Positions 25,610 to 38,473 of a stretch of 64,000 nucleotides of DNA are shown piece after piece. Source of the stretch: Acidimicrobiaceae bacterium (GTDB lineage: Bacteria > Actinomycetota > Acidimicrobiia > Acidimicrobiales > RAAP-2). Where the stretch lies: positions 2,720 through 66,719 of the forward strand of contig JAOBWI010000003.1 in assembly GCA_025463285.1 (NCBI GenBank), in the 5' to 3' direction. The position numbers and the translations under genes were made by a program. The notes below the pieces were generated by a model. That model did not search any database. It had not been told where the DNA came from and worked only from the letters and a program-made list of their open reading frames with translations. How positions within the stretch are numbered: position 1 is the first letter of the stretch; each line of letters opens with the position of its first letter.

Positions 25610-27112
25610 ATGGCCCTTTTTTCTCGGCGTTCAACAGGCGAAACTGAATCTCGCCGCTGGATTGCTCTCGTCGTCGTCTGCCTGGCCATGCTCATGGCCT
25701 CCCTGGATTCGTCGATCGTCAACGTGGCTCTCCCCTCGATTCAACGAAGTCTGCACTTCTCCCAGTCCAGCCTGACCTGGGTTGTTGATAGCTATCTCAT
25801 CGCCTTTGGCAGTTTCTTACTGCTCGCCGGGCGCCTCGGTGACCTCCTCGGACGTAAGAAGGTGTTCCTCAGTGGCGTCGCGCTCTTCACGGCATCATCG
25901 TTGGTCTGTTCGCTGGCACAGAACCAAGCCACGCTCATTACCGCGCGATTCTTTCAAGGTCTCGGGGGCGCTGTCTCGACCTCAGTCATCGTCGCCATTA
26001 TCGTGACGGAGTTCACCGGCCCGCAGGAGCGCGCTAAGGCCATGAGCTCGTACATGTTCGTGGCCGTCGGTGGAGGTTCGATCGGCCTACTGGTCGGGGG
26101 TGCGTTGACTCAAGCGGTCAGTTGGCACTGGATCTTCCTGATCAACGTGCCGATCGGCATCATCACGCTCGTGCTGGGTTCTCTGTTGATCCGAGAGAAC
26201 GAAGGACTCGGCGTACGAGAAGGAATCGACATCGCCGGATCGCTCCTCATGACCTTGTCACTTATCGTGGGCATCTACGCCATCGTGACCTCCTCCACCT
26301 ACGGCTGGCTTTCGTCGCACACGCTCGGCTTTGGCGCCGCGGCGCTGGTCTTGGGCGGTGTCTTTGCCGTGGTCGAGTCACGAGTGGCGAAGCCCATCAT
26401 TCCCACGCGTATTCTTCGGTTGCGAAGCCTCATGGCCTCCAGCGTGGTGCGGGCATTCGCGTTCTCGGCCATGTTCGCCGTGTTCTTCTTTGGCGCCCTA
26501 TACATGGAGAAGGTGCTCGGATACGGTCCCTTGAAGACCGGCGTGGCCTTCTTGCCCTTGACTCTCGTGGCGGCCGTCACGGCCATCAGCGGGACTGGTC
26601 GGCTGCTCGTTCGCTTTGGTCCCATGCGACTCCTCATTCCCGGCCTGTGCTTGGTGATCGTCGGGCTAGCTCTTCTGTCGCGCACCGGGGTACACGCGCA
26701 GTACGCGACCTCGATCTTGCCCGCCCTGCTTCTCCTGGGTGGGGGTATAAGCATCTCTTCGGTGCCGCTCCTGACGGTCGCCATGGCTGACGTGCCACAG
26801 TCCGATTCCGGGCTCGCCTCGGGCATCGTGAACGTGTCGATGTGGCTCGCCTCCTCGGCCACGTTGGCGGTCTTGGGCACACTCGCCGCTAGTCGTACGC
26901 GCTCACTGAGCGCACACCAGGGAATCTCGGACGCGCTCGTCTCTGGGTACCACGAGACGTTCTTGATCGGCGCCCTCATGGCACTGGCGGGTCTGGTGGT
27001 GGCGGTGGTGGTCCTGCGTGCACCGGCCAAGGAAGTGGTCGACGCCCGAAACGCGGAAACCTCCGACGGCGGCGACGTCGGGGCCTACGAAATCGCCCAG
27101 GCCGAGCTCTGA
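25610..27112 (+). CDS. MFS transporter, DHA2 (EmrB/QacA-like, 14-TMS) drug/proton antiporter family
   Basis: The ATG at 25610 lies 6 nt after CGGAGG. Motif A-like GRLGDLLGRKKVF. About 14 hydrophobic segments. Confidence 0.85.
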   Translation: MALFSRRSTGETESRRWIALVVVCLAMLMASLDSSIVNVALPSIQRSLHFSQSSLTWVVDSYLIAFGSFLLLAGRLGDLLGRKKVFLSGVALFTASSLVCSLAQNQATLITARFFQGLGGAVSTSVIVAIIVTEFTGPQERAKAMSSYMFVAVGGGSIGLLVGGALTQAVSWHWIFLINVPIGIITLVLGSLLIRENEGLGVREGIDIAGSLLMTLSLIVGIYAIVTSSTYGWLSSHTLGFGAAALVLGGVFAVVESRVAKPIIPTRILRLRSLMASSVVRAFAFSAMFAVFFFGALYMEKVLGYGPLKTGVAFLPLTLVAAVTAISGTGRLLVRFGPMRLLIPGLCLVIVGLALLSRTGVHAQYATSILPALLLLGGGISISSVPLLTVAMADVPQSDSGLASGIVNVSMWLASSATLAVLGTLAASRTRSLSAHQGISDALVSGYHETFLIGALMALAGLVVAVVVLRAPAKEVVDARNAETSDGGDVGAYEIAQAEL

Positions 27113-27323
27113 TTCCAACCGCCTGCCGTCCGAAAGCGAGAACTTCGAGCCGGGCGAGAATCTAGTCACGCGCGCACCGTCTTGGCGTTGCTTAGTCCCG
27201 TTGAGGATCACGCGGATGCTACGAGGGTCCGGCGATCCCCGTCGGCCCAGACCTACTGGCCGTGCGCGAGCGGAGGTACTTTCATTACTCTAGGGAGTTC
27301 AACCACAAGCTAGGAAGGTCACC

Positions 27324-27860
27324 ATGCCTAACGAGTTCGCTATTGACATCACCCGTATCCGAGACGACGCCCGTAAACATCTCGAGCAAGGGGCGCTCAC
27401 CTCGGCCGACACCACCGACGTCGACCGAGTTGTTGCAGTACTCAACAAAGTGATCGCTAGCGAGATGGTGTGCTACTTGCGCTACACGCAGAACGCGATC
27501 GTGGCCCAGGGTATTCACCGCGAACAGGTGTCCGCGATGTTTGTCGATCACGCCGACGAAGAACTCGGACACTTCCAACGAGTTTCCGACCGCATCAACC
27601 AACTAGGTGGAACGCCAGACATGAACCCGGCCACCTTGAAAGAGCGCGCCATCACCGAGTACCTGGAGCCCGAGGACCCGAGCGACCTTCAGGGCATGAT
27701 TCGCGAGAATCTTCTCGGAGAACGCGTGGTCATCGAGGTTTACACCGAGATCGTTCACTGGCTGGGCGACGGCGATATCACCTCGCGTCGAATGATGGAG
27801 TCACTGCTGAAGGACGAAGAAGATCACGCGGACGAACTCAACGATCTCTACGAGGGCTGA
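27324..27860 (+). CDS. ferritin-like (bacterioferritin family) di-iron protein
   Basis: Two ExxH metal motifs (EELGHF and EEDHADEL) in a four-helix-bundle-length protein of 178 aa. Confidence 0.75.
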   Translation: MPNEFAIDITRIRDDARKHLEQGALTSADTTDVDRVVAVLNKVIASEMVCYLRYTQNAIVAQGIHREQVSAMFVDHADEELGHFQRVSDRINQLGGTPDMNPATLKERAITEYLEPEDPSDLQGMIRENLLGERVVIEVYTEIVHWLGDGDITSRRMMESLLKDEEDHADELNDLYEG

Positions 27861-27864
27861 CTCA

Positions 27865-30398
<2,534 letters not shown>

Positions 30399-30432
30399 TC
30401 AGCGCGAGCGCGCTCGCCAGTACGCTCGGCGC

Positions 30433-31470
30433 GTGGATGACTTCCAGACGTACGTTCCCTCGCCCGCTCGCTACGACACCGCCAGTTTTCGACGCTGCGG
30501 TCGTAGCGGTCTCAAGTTGCCGCCGATCTCCCTTGGACTATGGCACAACTTCGGCGACGGTCGAGCCATCGATACCCAACGCGCCATCTTGCGGCGCGCC
30601 TTCGACCTCGGGGTCACTCACTTCGACCTGGCCAATAATTACGGACCGCCCTACGGCAGCGCCGAGATCAACTTCGGAAAAGTTCTGCGCGAGGACTTTC
30701 GCTCCTTGCGTGATGAACTCGTTATCTCGACCAAAGCCGGCTGGGATATGTGGCCGGGGCCCTACGGCGACTTGGGGTCGCGAAAGTATCTTCTCGCTAG
30801 CCTCGACCAGAGTCTCCAACGCATGGGCGTGGAGTACGTTGACATCTTCTATCATCACCACTTCGACCCCACGACCCCCCTCGAGGAGACCCTCGGCGCC
30901 CTCGACACCGCCGTGCGACGGGGTAAGGCTCTCTACGTCGGTGTCTCCTCATACTCCGATAAGCGCACCGCTGAAGCGATCAAGATTCTGTCTCAACTCG
31001 GAACACCGCTTCTCATTCATCAGCCCTCCTACTCCCTACTCAATCGGTGGATCGAAGAAGGGCTTCTCGACGTTCTGGGAAATGCGGGTGTGGGTTGCAT
31101 CGCCTTTTCTCCGTTGGCCCAAGGCCTCTTAACCGACCGCTATCTCAACGGGGTTCCCCAGGAATCTCGCGCCGCCCAGGGATCGTCCTTTTCCGCCGAC
31201 ATGCTAAGTGAGAAGAACCTCGATCACGTGCGAGCACTGAACGCCGTCGCCCACGGCCGGGGACAGTCGCTCGCGCAGATGGCCCTGGCCTGGGCGCTGC
31301 GAGACCCCCGGGTTACCTCGGTCCTCTGCGGTGCGAGCAGCGTGGCTCAACTGGAAGACAACCTGGGTGCTCTCAATAATCTGGCGTTCTCCGCGGACGA
31401 GCTAGCAACGATCGACCGCTACGCCGTCGAGAGCGGCATCGACCTCTGGCGAAACGCGGCCACCGCGTAA
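30433..31470 (+). CDS. aldo/keto reductase (YghZ / Kv-beta-like)
   Basis: LGLWHNFG, FDLANNYGPPYGSAE and the SYSLLNRW blocks. Confidence 0.9.
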   Translation: MDDFQTYVPSPARYDTASFRRCGRSGLKLPPISLGLWHNFGDGRAIDTQRAILRRAFDLGVTHFDLANNYGPPYGSAEINFGKVLREDFRSLRDELVISTKAGWDMWPGPYGDLGSRKYLLASLDQSLQRMGVEYVDIFYHHHFDPTTPLEETLGALDTAVRRGKALYVGVSSYSDKRTAEAIKILSQLGTPLLIHQPSYSLLNRWIEEGLLDVLGNAGVGCIAFSPLAQGLLTDRYLNGVPQESRAAQGSSFSADMLSEKNLDHVRALNAVAHGRGQSLAQMALAWALRDPRVTSVLCGASSVAQLEDNLGALNNLAFSADELATIDRYAVESGIDLWRNAATA

Positions 31471-31473
31471 GCG

Positions 31474-31914
31474 TCAGTGAACTTCCCGCACGACGAGAAC
31501 GGGACAGTGGGAGTGGTGCACGCACTGCGTGGACACCGAACCCATCAGGAGTCCGAGGAAACCTCCGACGCCTCGTGATCCCACGACCAAAATGGTGGCG
31601 TTCTTGCTCGCCTCGATCAGCACTTCGGCGGGATTGCCGGGCACGCCGAGCCACTCGACACTCAGCCCCTCAGTCGGTGGCGCCGCCGCCTTGGCGTTCT
31701 CGAGAAACGCCCGGGCACCGGTCTCGACCTGTTCGTAGTAGTCGTGTCCGGTCGAACCGGTGACCGGTGAGGCCATGACGGTGTAGGCGTAGGTCACGTG
31801 GAGTTCGGCGTGGCGCAACGCGGCCTCCTCGATCGCGAACTCGAGTGCGTTGGCAGCGGCCGGTGAGCCGTCGATGCCGACCACGATGCGGGGGGTGGGT
31901 CTGGTGTAGCTCAT
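31474..31914 (-). CDS. universal stress protein (UspA family)
   Basis: I prefer the ATG at 31914 (MSYTRPTPRIVVGIDGS). ATP-binding motif VVGSRGVGGFLGLLMGSVS. Confidence 0.8.
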   Translation of the reverse strand: MSYTRPTPRIVVGIDGSPAAANALEFAIEEAALRHAELHVTYAYTVMASPVTGSTGHDYYEQVETGARAFLENAKAAAPPTEGLSVEWLGVPGNPAEVLIEASKNATILVVGSRGVGGFLGLLMGSVSTQCVHHSHCPVLVVREVH

Positions 31915-31957
31915 CGTGCGCTGCCTCCAGTGCTGGGCGAACCGTCTCGACGGCGCG

Positions 31958-33526
31958 TCACGACGTCGCCTGTGGTTCAATGCCGAAGTCCGCGGTCACC
32001 AGGGTCGGCGAGTCACGCGTCAGAGTTTGGCCGCGGAAGAACGCGGGGCGAGCAACGTTCATCGTGATCATCAACATCACCCCGATTAATAGGGTTCCGA
32101 CGTCGAGGGTGAACGTGCCACCGATTTCACGCCCGAACACCTTTACGTGCGTGTAGTTGTTCTCGGGGTTCCAGTAGTACCAGAACGCCCATCCGAGAAT
32201 GAGCCATAGCACGACGCCCCCAAAGAGGGGCGCGACGCCCTGCACGAAGAAGTTATGGACGCTCTTCGTCAACTGCTTGCGGTAGTACCAGAAACAGGAG
32301 AAGCCGGTCAATCCGTAGTAGAAGGCGATCATGGCACCCAGCGCGTCAATGGAGTCCGCAATCACGTGGCCGGCGGAGATGAAGTTCATCGCCACGTACA
32401 GGCCAATGGAGACGACGCCGAAAGAGACCGTGGCGACGGTTGGAGTAAGGAAGCGCTTGCTCGTGTGAGCGAACACGTTGGGCAACGCCTTGTGCACCGA
32501 CATCGACAAGACCGTTCGCGCGGTTGGCAGAATCGTCGTCTGGGTGGACGCCGCCGCGGACGAGAGCACCATCAACAACAAGAGGTGCGAGAGGATCGAG
32601 GCGAACGTCGAGTGTCCAAAGACGGCGGGTCCGAGGATGGACAGCACGTCGTTGACGTTGTTGCCGTTTCCGAGGCCGATACCGGACGAGCCAATGCCGG
32701 CGAAGGACTGCACCGCCAGGATTACCAGTGCGTAGGTGCCCAGAAGAACGAAGGTCGAGTAGATCCCGGCCTTGCCGGGAATGTTCTGCGCATCCTTACT
32801 TTCTTCATTCAGATTCAAAGCGGTGTCCCAGCCCCAGTAGATGAAGAGCATGTCCGCGAGACCAACGACCAGATCGCTGAAGTGCTTGACCTTGAAGGGA
32901 TTGAACCAGGTGAGCGAAGGTGTCAGGTGTCCTACTGGGGCGCTGCCGTTGCCTACTCGCACGAGCGCCCATACCGAGAGCACCGTCAGCATGGTCAGTT
33001 CGATCCCGAGCAGGGCCTTTTGGAAGTTGGCCGAGACCTCGATGCCGATGTAACAGATCCACGTCATGGCGACGATCCAGGCCACGCCCACGAGAAGCAC
33101 CCACACGCTCGACGCGTGGTGGCCAATGCCATTCGCGTTAAAAAGATCGAAGACGTACTGGCCGGCGATCTGCGCGAGGCTGGCCATCACGATGACGTCG
33201 GCCGCCAGAACCCCCCAGCCGCCCATCCAACCGACGCGCGGATGAAAGGCCCGCGTGGCCCACGTGAAACTGGCCCCGCAGTCAGGGTCCGCCTTATTCA
33301 TCTGCTGGAAGGCCAGCGAGACACAGAACATCGGTACGAACGCGAGGATCGTGATGATGGGCGCCTGTAAACCGATCGCCACGACAACGAAGCCAAGTGT
33401 CGACGCCAGGCTGTACGCCGGCGCGGTCGACGCAATGCCGATCACGGTGCTGGAGATGAGACCCAGCGCCCCCCTCTTGAGGCCCTTCTGCTGCGCCGAA
33501 TTCGCCGGTTCTACCGTTACAGTCAC
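31958..33526 (-). CDS. APC family amino acid/polyamine permease
   Basis: 522 aa with about 12 TMS and a typical APC N-terminus (LKRGALGLISSTVIGIASTAPAYSL). Confidence 0.85.
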   Translation of the reverse strand: MTVTVEPANSAQQKGLKRGALGLISSTVIGIASTAPAYSLASTLGFVVVAIGLQAPIITILAFVPMFCVSLAFQQMNKADPDCGASFTWATRAFHPRVGWMGGWGVLAADVIVMASLAQIAGQYVFDLFNANGIGHHASSVWVLLVGVAWIVAMTWICYIGIEVSANFQKALLGIELTMLTVLSVWALVRVGNGSAPVGHLTPSLTWFNPFKVKHFSDLVVGLADMLFIYWGWDTALNLNEESKDAQNIPGKAGIYSTFVLLGTYALVILAVQSFAGIGSSGIGLGNGNNVNDVLSILGPAVFGHSTFASILSHLLLLMVLSSAAASTQTTILPTARTVLSMSVHKALPNVFAHTSKRFLTPTVATVSFGVVSIGLYVAMNFISAGHVIADSIDALGAMIAFYYGLTGFSCFWYYRKQLTKSVHNFFVQGVAPLFGGVVLWLILGWAFWYYWNPENNYTHVKVFGREIGGTFTLDVGTLLIGVMLMITMNVARPAFFRGQTLTRDSPTLVTADFGIEPQATS

Positions 33527-33670
33527 GCCGCCCCTTTTTCACGTGCACAAGTACGTGCGGTCGTACCCTGGGAGAATTCGACAAATGCTATAGCAGTGAG
33601 GTTCCTCAACATTGGGTTAGAGGGAGGACGCGGGGCTACCCCCTCTGACTAGCTCGATTCGGGCGCGTTT

Positions 33671-34168
33671 CTACTTCGTGCACACCCAGGTGCCGGCGAT
33701 CTTTTCTCCCCGACCCTTCTGTCCCGCCACCGGCGCCAGCGACACGTTTAAGGTTCCCGACTTGTAATGATCAGTGAAGGTAACGCTGCCCGAGCCGAGC
33801 TTCGCTCCGGCGTTCCACTCCTCGTCGATGGTCGCTCCGGCCTTGACGCCCAGAGTAAAGGCGGAGGTCGTCGAGGGAAAGCGGGCCTCGATTCCCTTCG
33901 AACTGATCAACACGTACCACTGATCGTTCGTCGGATTGATCTTCGTGTCGGTGAAGTACAGCCTCACGGTGGCCACGCCGCGAGAGATGGAAATATTGTC
34001 CGGCTTACACGTCGCGCCTTTGGCGATGATCAGTGTGCCTTTCGCTTGACCCGACAGGGTGAACGTGCCAATCGAGGACGGGGACGCCCCCGCCAGCCCC
34101 GCCGCCATCAGTAACGCCGTTCCCACGGCGCTGAGCGTCACGACGCCTCCGCGAGTTCCTCTTCTCAT
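33671..34168 (-). CDS. hypothetical secreted protein
   Basis: 165 aa with a signal peptide (VVTLSAVGTALLMAAGLAGASP). Beta-rich, with two Cys (CKPD and the C-terminal VCTK). Confidence 0.6.
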   Translation of the reverse strand: MRRGTRGGVVTLSAVGTALLMAAGLAGASPSSIGTFTLSGQAKGTLIIAKGATCKPDNISISRGVATVRLYFTDTKINPTNDQWYVLISSKGIEARFPSTTSAFTLGVKAGATIDEEWNAGAKLGSGSVTFTDHYKSGTLNVSLAPVAGQKGRGEKIAGTWVCTK

Positions 34169-34282
34169 GGTGATCCCTTCTCCGAAACGCCAAGCCAGAG
34201 CCAGTGACTAGAACTACGGGCGATGCTGCGCGCATCCAACGTTGATGCACGAATCCTACGGGTCGGGCCTTTGTCCCACCGG

Positions 34283-34972
34283 TCAGCCCCGATTCTCGAG
34301 CGAAACAGTGGCGATCAGGGCGCCGAGTCGCTCCAACGCATCGCGGGTCCGCACGCCCCACCAGAAAAGATCTTTGCCGTCGACCAAGATCGTCGGGGCC
34401 ACCGATTCAAGTTCCGGGAGTTGGCGCTTGGTAAAGGGATAGGGCTCACTCGGCGCCAACACCACGTCGGGGTGGCGTTCCAGCGCGTCGCCCAGTTCGA
34501 TGTGCGGGTATGGCCCGTCGTGGCTAAAAACGTTCCGCACGCCCAGGTGCGTCAGCACCGACGAACCGTACGTGGGTACGCCCAAGGCCATCCAGGGTCG
34601 ACGCCATATGGGGACGAAGGTGCTCAGCGACACCTCTCGCGGCGAGCCGATCTGCCAGGGCTCATACGTCGAGTCAACCCGTCGAGCGAGTTCGCGCAAA
34701 GAGGGATTGACGTCATCGAGCGATCGCACCTTCAGTACGTGGACGAAGAGCCCGCGCTGCACGAGAGCCGCGTGGTCCTCCAGCCGGTTCTCCTCAACGT
34801 CCATGACGACTAAGTCCGGGCGGAGCTCCACGATTCGATCGAGCGTCGGATCCTTGGTTCCCCCCACGTGCTCGAGATCGTCGCGTTCACAGAATCGGGT
34901 GCAGGCGACGGGCGTGCGGTCCCACGCCGACAGGGTCTCGGTGACCGAGGGCACCAGGCTCACGATTCTCAC
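34283..34972 (-). CDS. periplasmic-binding-protein-fold (helical-backbone metal receptor / cobalamin-binding-like) protein lacking a signal peptide
   Basis: MRIVSLVPSVTETLSAW...LRPDLVVMD matches the class III (BtuF/TroA-like) SBP N-terminus. No leader peptide. Confidence 0.6.
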   Translation of the reverse strand: MRIVSLVPSVTETLSAWDRTPVACTRFCERDDLEHVGGTKDPTLDRIVELRPDLVVMDVEENRLEDHAALVQRGLFVHVLKVRSLDDVNPSLRELARRVDSTYEPWQIGSPREVSLSTFVPIWRRPWMALGVPTYGSSVLTHLGVRNVFSHDGPYPHIELGDALERHPDVVLAPSEPYPFTKRQLPELESVAPTILVDGKDLFWWGVRTRDALERLGALIATVSLENRG

Positions 34973-35010
34973 GTCACATCGCTTTTAGCGCGGCCGCGAC
35001 GGCGCGACGT

Positions 35011-36531
35011 TTAGAGATTCTGTTCGAGCTCCGCAACGACGGCCACCCGGTCTTCCTTCGCCGGCATTGTGTAGTACGGCACGTGCTTAGCCCAGTAGTA
35101 GAACATCGGGATCAAGCCGAGGGCCATGGCGCCCAGGCCGATGTAGACCGTGGCCGGATTCGAGTCCCAGAGACCGGGAATCGATTCGTAGAACATGTAG
35201 CCCATGAAACTTGCGCCAACGAGGGGCCACAGTCCCATGAATACGAAATTGTTGAGCGACTTCAGGAGTTCGCGACGGAAGAGCACGACGACGGCGAACC
35301 CGGCTAAGCAATAGTAAACGCAGATCTGCAGACCGATCGCGGCGATGCCGTCAGTCAAGATCTTGCTGACCGAGCCAATGAACTGCCCGAAGACAAAGAG
35401 CAGGAGCGAAATGACGGTCACCACGGCCGTGGCAAAAATGGGCGTTTTGCGCTTCTGGTTCACGGTGCCGAAGCGCTTGGGCAACGTGTTGTCGCGACCC
35501 ATGGAGAACATCGTTCGGGTGACCTGAATCAAGGTGGTCTCTAACGTCGCAACGGTCGAGAGAACTACCGCCAACACGATGAACTTCCCTCCCGTTCCGC
35601 GCCAGGCTTCTTGGCCCAAGGCGCTGAGGACGTCGGCCTCGTTGTGATTGATCTGGTTCATCGTCAACACCATGTTGGTCGCGATGGTGAACACTTCAAA
35701 GAGAACAAATACGACGATCACGCCAATGATTGCCCCGAGCCCGGGCGTCTTTTTCGCTCCCTTGGTCTCCTCGTTGAGATTCGCGGTGACGTCCCAGCCC
35801 CAGTAGTAGAAGGCGGCGATAAGCGCTCCAGAGACAAAGCCGGCCTGGCCGTGAAAGATGCTCGGCGAAAACCAGTGCCAGGAGAAGGCGTGGATGTGGT
35901 TCGCGTGGAAAATAGCCAACACCGCAAAGAGCACCAAGAGGAACAGTTCGATGCAGGACATCACGATCTGCACGGTGACCGTGATGGTCACGCCCGCGGC
36001 GACCGCGCAGACCATCGCGAGAAAGAAGACCGCCCCGACCAACGTCACGTCGGTCGTGTTATTCGCGGCGGCGGCCGAGAAGAGATTCAAGACATTGGCC
36101 CCGGCGGGAACCGTCGCGATCACCATGAAGATCAGGGCTGACACGATCAGGGCCCAGCCCGAGAGAAATCCCAGTAAAGGGTGCAACGCCCGGCGGACCC
36201 ACGAATAGGCCGCGCCCGAGTTGGTTTCCACCCGACCCAGATAACTAAAAGCGAAAACGATGCCGAACATGGCAATCCCGCAGTAGAGCAATGCGCCGGC
36301 GCCCCCTAGGGCCACGGCGGCGATGAGCGCCCCGGTGGACGCGGCGATGGAGTACGCCGGGGCGACACCCGCGACGCCCATAATGACCGAGTCAAACAGC
36401 CCGAGCACCCCGGCCTTCAGGGCGTGTGTCGGTGAAGCCGAGTCGAAAACTTCTAGGGTGTCGGCCACGCTTGACGATCTCCTTTGTCGGGTATCACCTT
36501 CAGGAATAAAGAGAGTGAGACAAGGTAACAC
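35011..36531 (-). CDS. APC family permease
   Basis: About 12 TMS, with GLFDSVIMGVAGVAPAYSI. An alternative GTG start exists at 36465. Confidence 0.85.
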   Translation of the reverse strand: MLPCLTLFIPEGDTRQRRSSSVADTLEVFDSASPTHALKAGVLGLFDSVIMGVAGVAPAYSIAASTGALIAAVALGGAGALLYCGIAMFGIVFAFSYLGRVETNSGAAYSWVRRALHPLLGFLSGWALIVSALIFMVIATVPAGANVLNLFSAAAANNTTDVTLVGAVFFLAMVCAVAAGVTITVTVQIVMSCIELFLLVLFAVLAIFHANHIHAFSWHWFSPSIFHGQAGFVSGALIAAFYYWGWDVTANLNEETKGAKKTPGLGAIIGVIVVFVLFEVFTIATNMVLTMNQINHNEADVLSALGQEAWRGTGGKFIVLAVVLSTVATLETTLIQVTRTMFSMGRDNTLPKRFGTVNQKRKTPIFATAVVTVISLLLFVFGQFIGSVSKILTDGIAAIGLQICVYYCLAGFAVVVLFRRELLKSLNNFVFMGLWPLVGASFMGYMFYESIPGLWDSNPATVYIGLGAMALGLIPMFYYWAKHVPYYTMPAKEDRVAVVAELEQNL

Positions 36532-36652
36532 GGTGCGTGAACCGCGGCACCGAACTCCCGAGAGCCCGGGGGGCTATCGATTGATGGACCCGCGCGGTAC
36601 AGACGCGGGCATCTGGGGCGGCAAGTCGACCGGTTCCCACGGCCGGCAATTG

Positions 36653-38431
36653 ATGCCCGGTAACGTTGTCAGACGAGGACGCCTGGTACGCCACGGCAGT
36701 ATCGCAGAGAGAGACCACGACGTGCCACTCCTAGAGAGATTCGATGACGAGAACGCGCCCCCCGTCACCCCCAAGGAGATCAAGGAGCGCTGGGTGAACT
36801 TTCATCGTCAAGTGCGTCTCATGTCGGGCACGCGCCTCCAACGAACGGCGGGGCGGATTTTGGGTGAGGACACTTGGCGCTACGCCACCGCGAGATTTAT
36901 TTTCCGTCCGGCGATCCAGTTACTTCGTCGCGTGCGAAAGAGTGTGAAACCCACGGTGGTGACCAAAGCCGCAGCCTCGAAGACGGCCGAGATCTTTCCC
37001 GTCAACTATCGCCCACTGAGAGTTGACTTCGCGCTCGCGCTTTTGGACATGCCCTACGACGCGGACGATGTTCACGTGGTGGTCATCGATGAAACCGACG
37101 CCCAGCCCGCTGACATTGTGTCGATGATCAACACCGAGCTGAATGAGACGAGCGCCGAGTGGCTCTTTCTGGCCGACTCATCGTTCTCCACCGACATGAT
37201 CCGCTTCGCGGTGGCGACACTGCTAACCCAGGCCAGCCCCCGTGACGACGTCGTCTTCGGCGATGAGGACGGGCCGAACGAGTACTCGCCCATCCTCAAA
37301 AGTCCCGCGGTCGGTCCTCACACCCTGCTCAGCTACAACGTGGTGGGTCGCCCGGCACTACTGCGCGTCGAGACTCTCTTCGGCGCGGGCGGATTTTCCG
37401 CGGAGGCGGGATGGGCCTATGAGCACGACGCGTACTTACGAATGAATGAGCGCGGTGCACACTTTCGTCACGTCGCGAAAGTCTTGCCGGGTGGTCGGCC
37501 CCCCGCTGGCTTCGAGGCGGCGCGTCTCAACGACGACACGTGTCGTGTCGTCCAGCGCGCCCTAGAGCGTCGAGGATGGGCGGGCGTGGCGACGCCCGGG
37601 CCGCTGGGTGGCCTGGTGCGCTGGCGCCCGGAGATTCCGACCCCGGCGCCCTCGATCGACATCATCATTCCCACGCGAGATCGCATTGATCTAGTCCGCC
37701 AGTGCATCACGTCCATTGAAGAGAAGACAACGTATCCCAACTACAACGTCATCATTCTTGACAACGACTCCGTGCAGGAGGAGTCTCTCGCCTACTTCGC
37801 GACCACCGCGTACACGGTGGTCCCCTGCCCGGGACCTTTTAACTACGCCAAGATAGTGAACCGAGGCGTTGAGCACTCCCGCGCGGACTACGTGGTCACG
37901 CTCAACAACGACACGGTCGTCGTCACGCCAGACTGGCTCGAGCAGATGCTCGCACTCGCCGCCCTGCCCGACGTGGGCATCGTCGGCGCGTGTATCCATG
38001 ACCCCGACGGCCATCACGAACACGAGGGTATCGTCGTCGCGCCGTACCCCCAACATCTACGCACCGACACGAACTACCCGCACGTGGATCACTTCTCCCT
38101 GGCTACGCGGGATGTCGCGGCGGTGACCGGTGCGGTGCAGATGGTCGAGCGTTCGTTCTGGGAGTCGCTCGGCGGGATGGACGAGCAACTGAAGGTCGTG
38201 ATGAACGACGTGGACATCTGTTTTCGAAGCCAAATGGAGGACCGCTACGTGGTCTACACGCCCGACGCGCGACTATTGCACCACGTGGGTTCCTCGCGAG
38301 GCAAGCTCGACCCCATTGAGGATCGCAACCGCTTCCTGCGGCGTTGGGGCATCTTCGCCTCCTTTCGCGATCCCTATTTTCCCGCGTCGCTTCTACTGTT
38401 GGGCGAGAAGATGTTCTACTTCCCTCGTTGA
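36653..38431 (+). CDS. family 2 glycosyltransferase with an N-terminal degenerate GT-like domain
   Basis: The ORF opens at 36323 but overlaps the divergent permease, so the start is uncertain (ATG at 36584 or 36653). C-terminal GT2 core: IDIIIPTRDR...VIILDNDS...TLNNDT. Confidence 0.8.
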   Translation: MPGNVVRRGRLVRHGSIAERDHDVPLLERFDDENAPPVTPKEIKERWVNFHRQVRLMSGTRLQRTAGRILGEDTWRYATARFIFRPAIQLLRRVRKSVKPTVVTKAAASKTAEIFPVNYRPLRVDFALALLDMPYDADDVHVVVIDETDAQPADIVSMINTELNETSAEWLFLADSSFSTDMIRFAVATLLTQASPRDDVVFGDEDGPNEYSPILKSPAVGPHTLLSYNVVGRPALLRVETLFGAGGFSAEAGWAYEHDAYLRMNERGAHFRHVAKVLPGGRPPAGFEAARLNDDTCRVVQRALERRGWAGVATPGPLGGLVRWRPEIPTPAPSIDIIIPTRDRIDLVRQCITSIEEKTTYPNYNVIILDNDSVQEESLAYFATTAYTVVPCPGPFNYAKIVNRGVEHSRADYVVTLNNDTVVVTPDWLEQMLALAALPDVGIVGACIHDPDGHHEHEGIVVAPYPQHLRTDTNYPHVDHFSLATRDVAAVTGAVQMVERSFWESLGGMDEQLKVVMNDVDICFRSQMEDRYVVYTPDARLLHHVGSSRGKLDPIEDRNRFLRRWGIFASFRDPYFPASLLLLGEKMFYFPR

Positions 38432-38473
38432 CGTAGTCCCAAGGACGCCACTCCACCCTTGTAGCCTGAAGAA

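Noticed and set aside
26122-27030. 222-aa plus-strand and 243-aa minus-strand ORFs within the MFS transporter gene
   Set aside because: Alternative-frame or antisense shadows. The MFS frame shows 14 TMS and motif A.
27113-27323. IdeR/DtxR iron box upstream of the ferritin-like gene
   Set aside because: No 19-bp palindrome resembling TTAGGTTAGSCTAACCTAA was found by eye.
32255-33370. 371-aa plus-strand ORF antisense to the APC permease (31958-33526)
   Set aside because: Low-complexity Arg/Gly/Asp/His-rich translation, while the opposite strand gives a clean 12-TMS permease.
33619-33646. Possible terminator hairpin AGAGGG...CCCTCT downstream of the secreted-protein gene (33671-34168)
   Set aside because: The stem is only 6 bp with an imperfect extension and no U-tract, so it is too weak to report as a feature.
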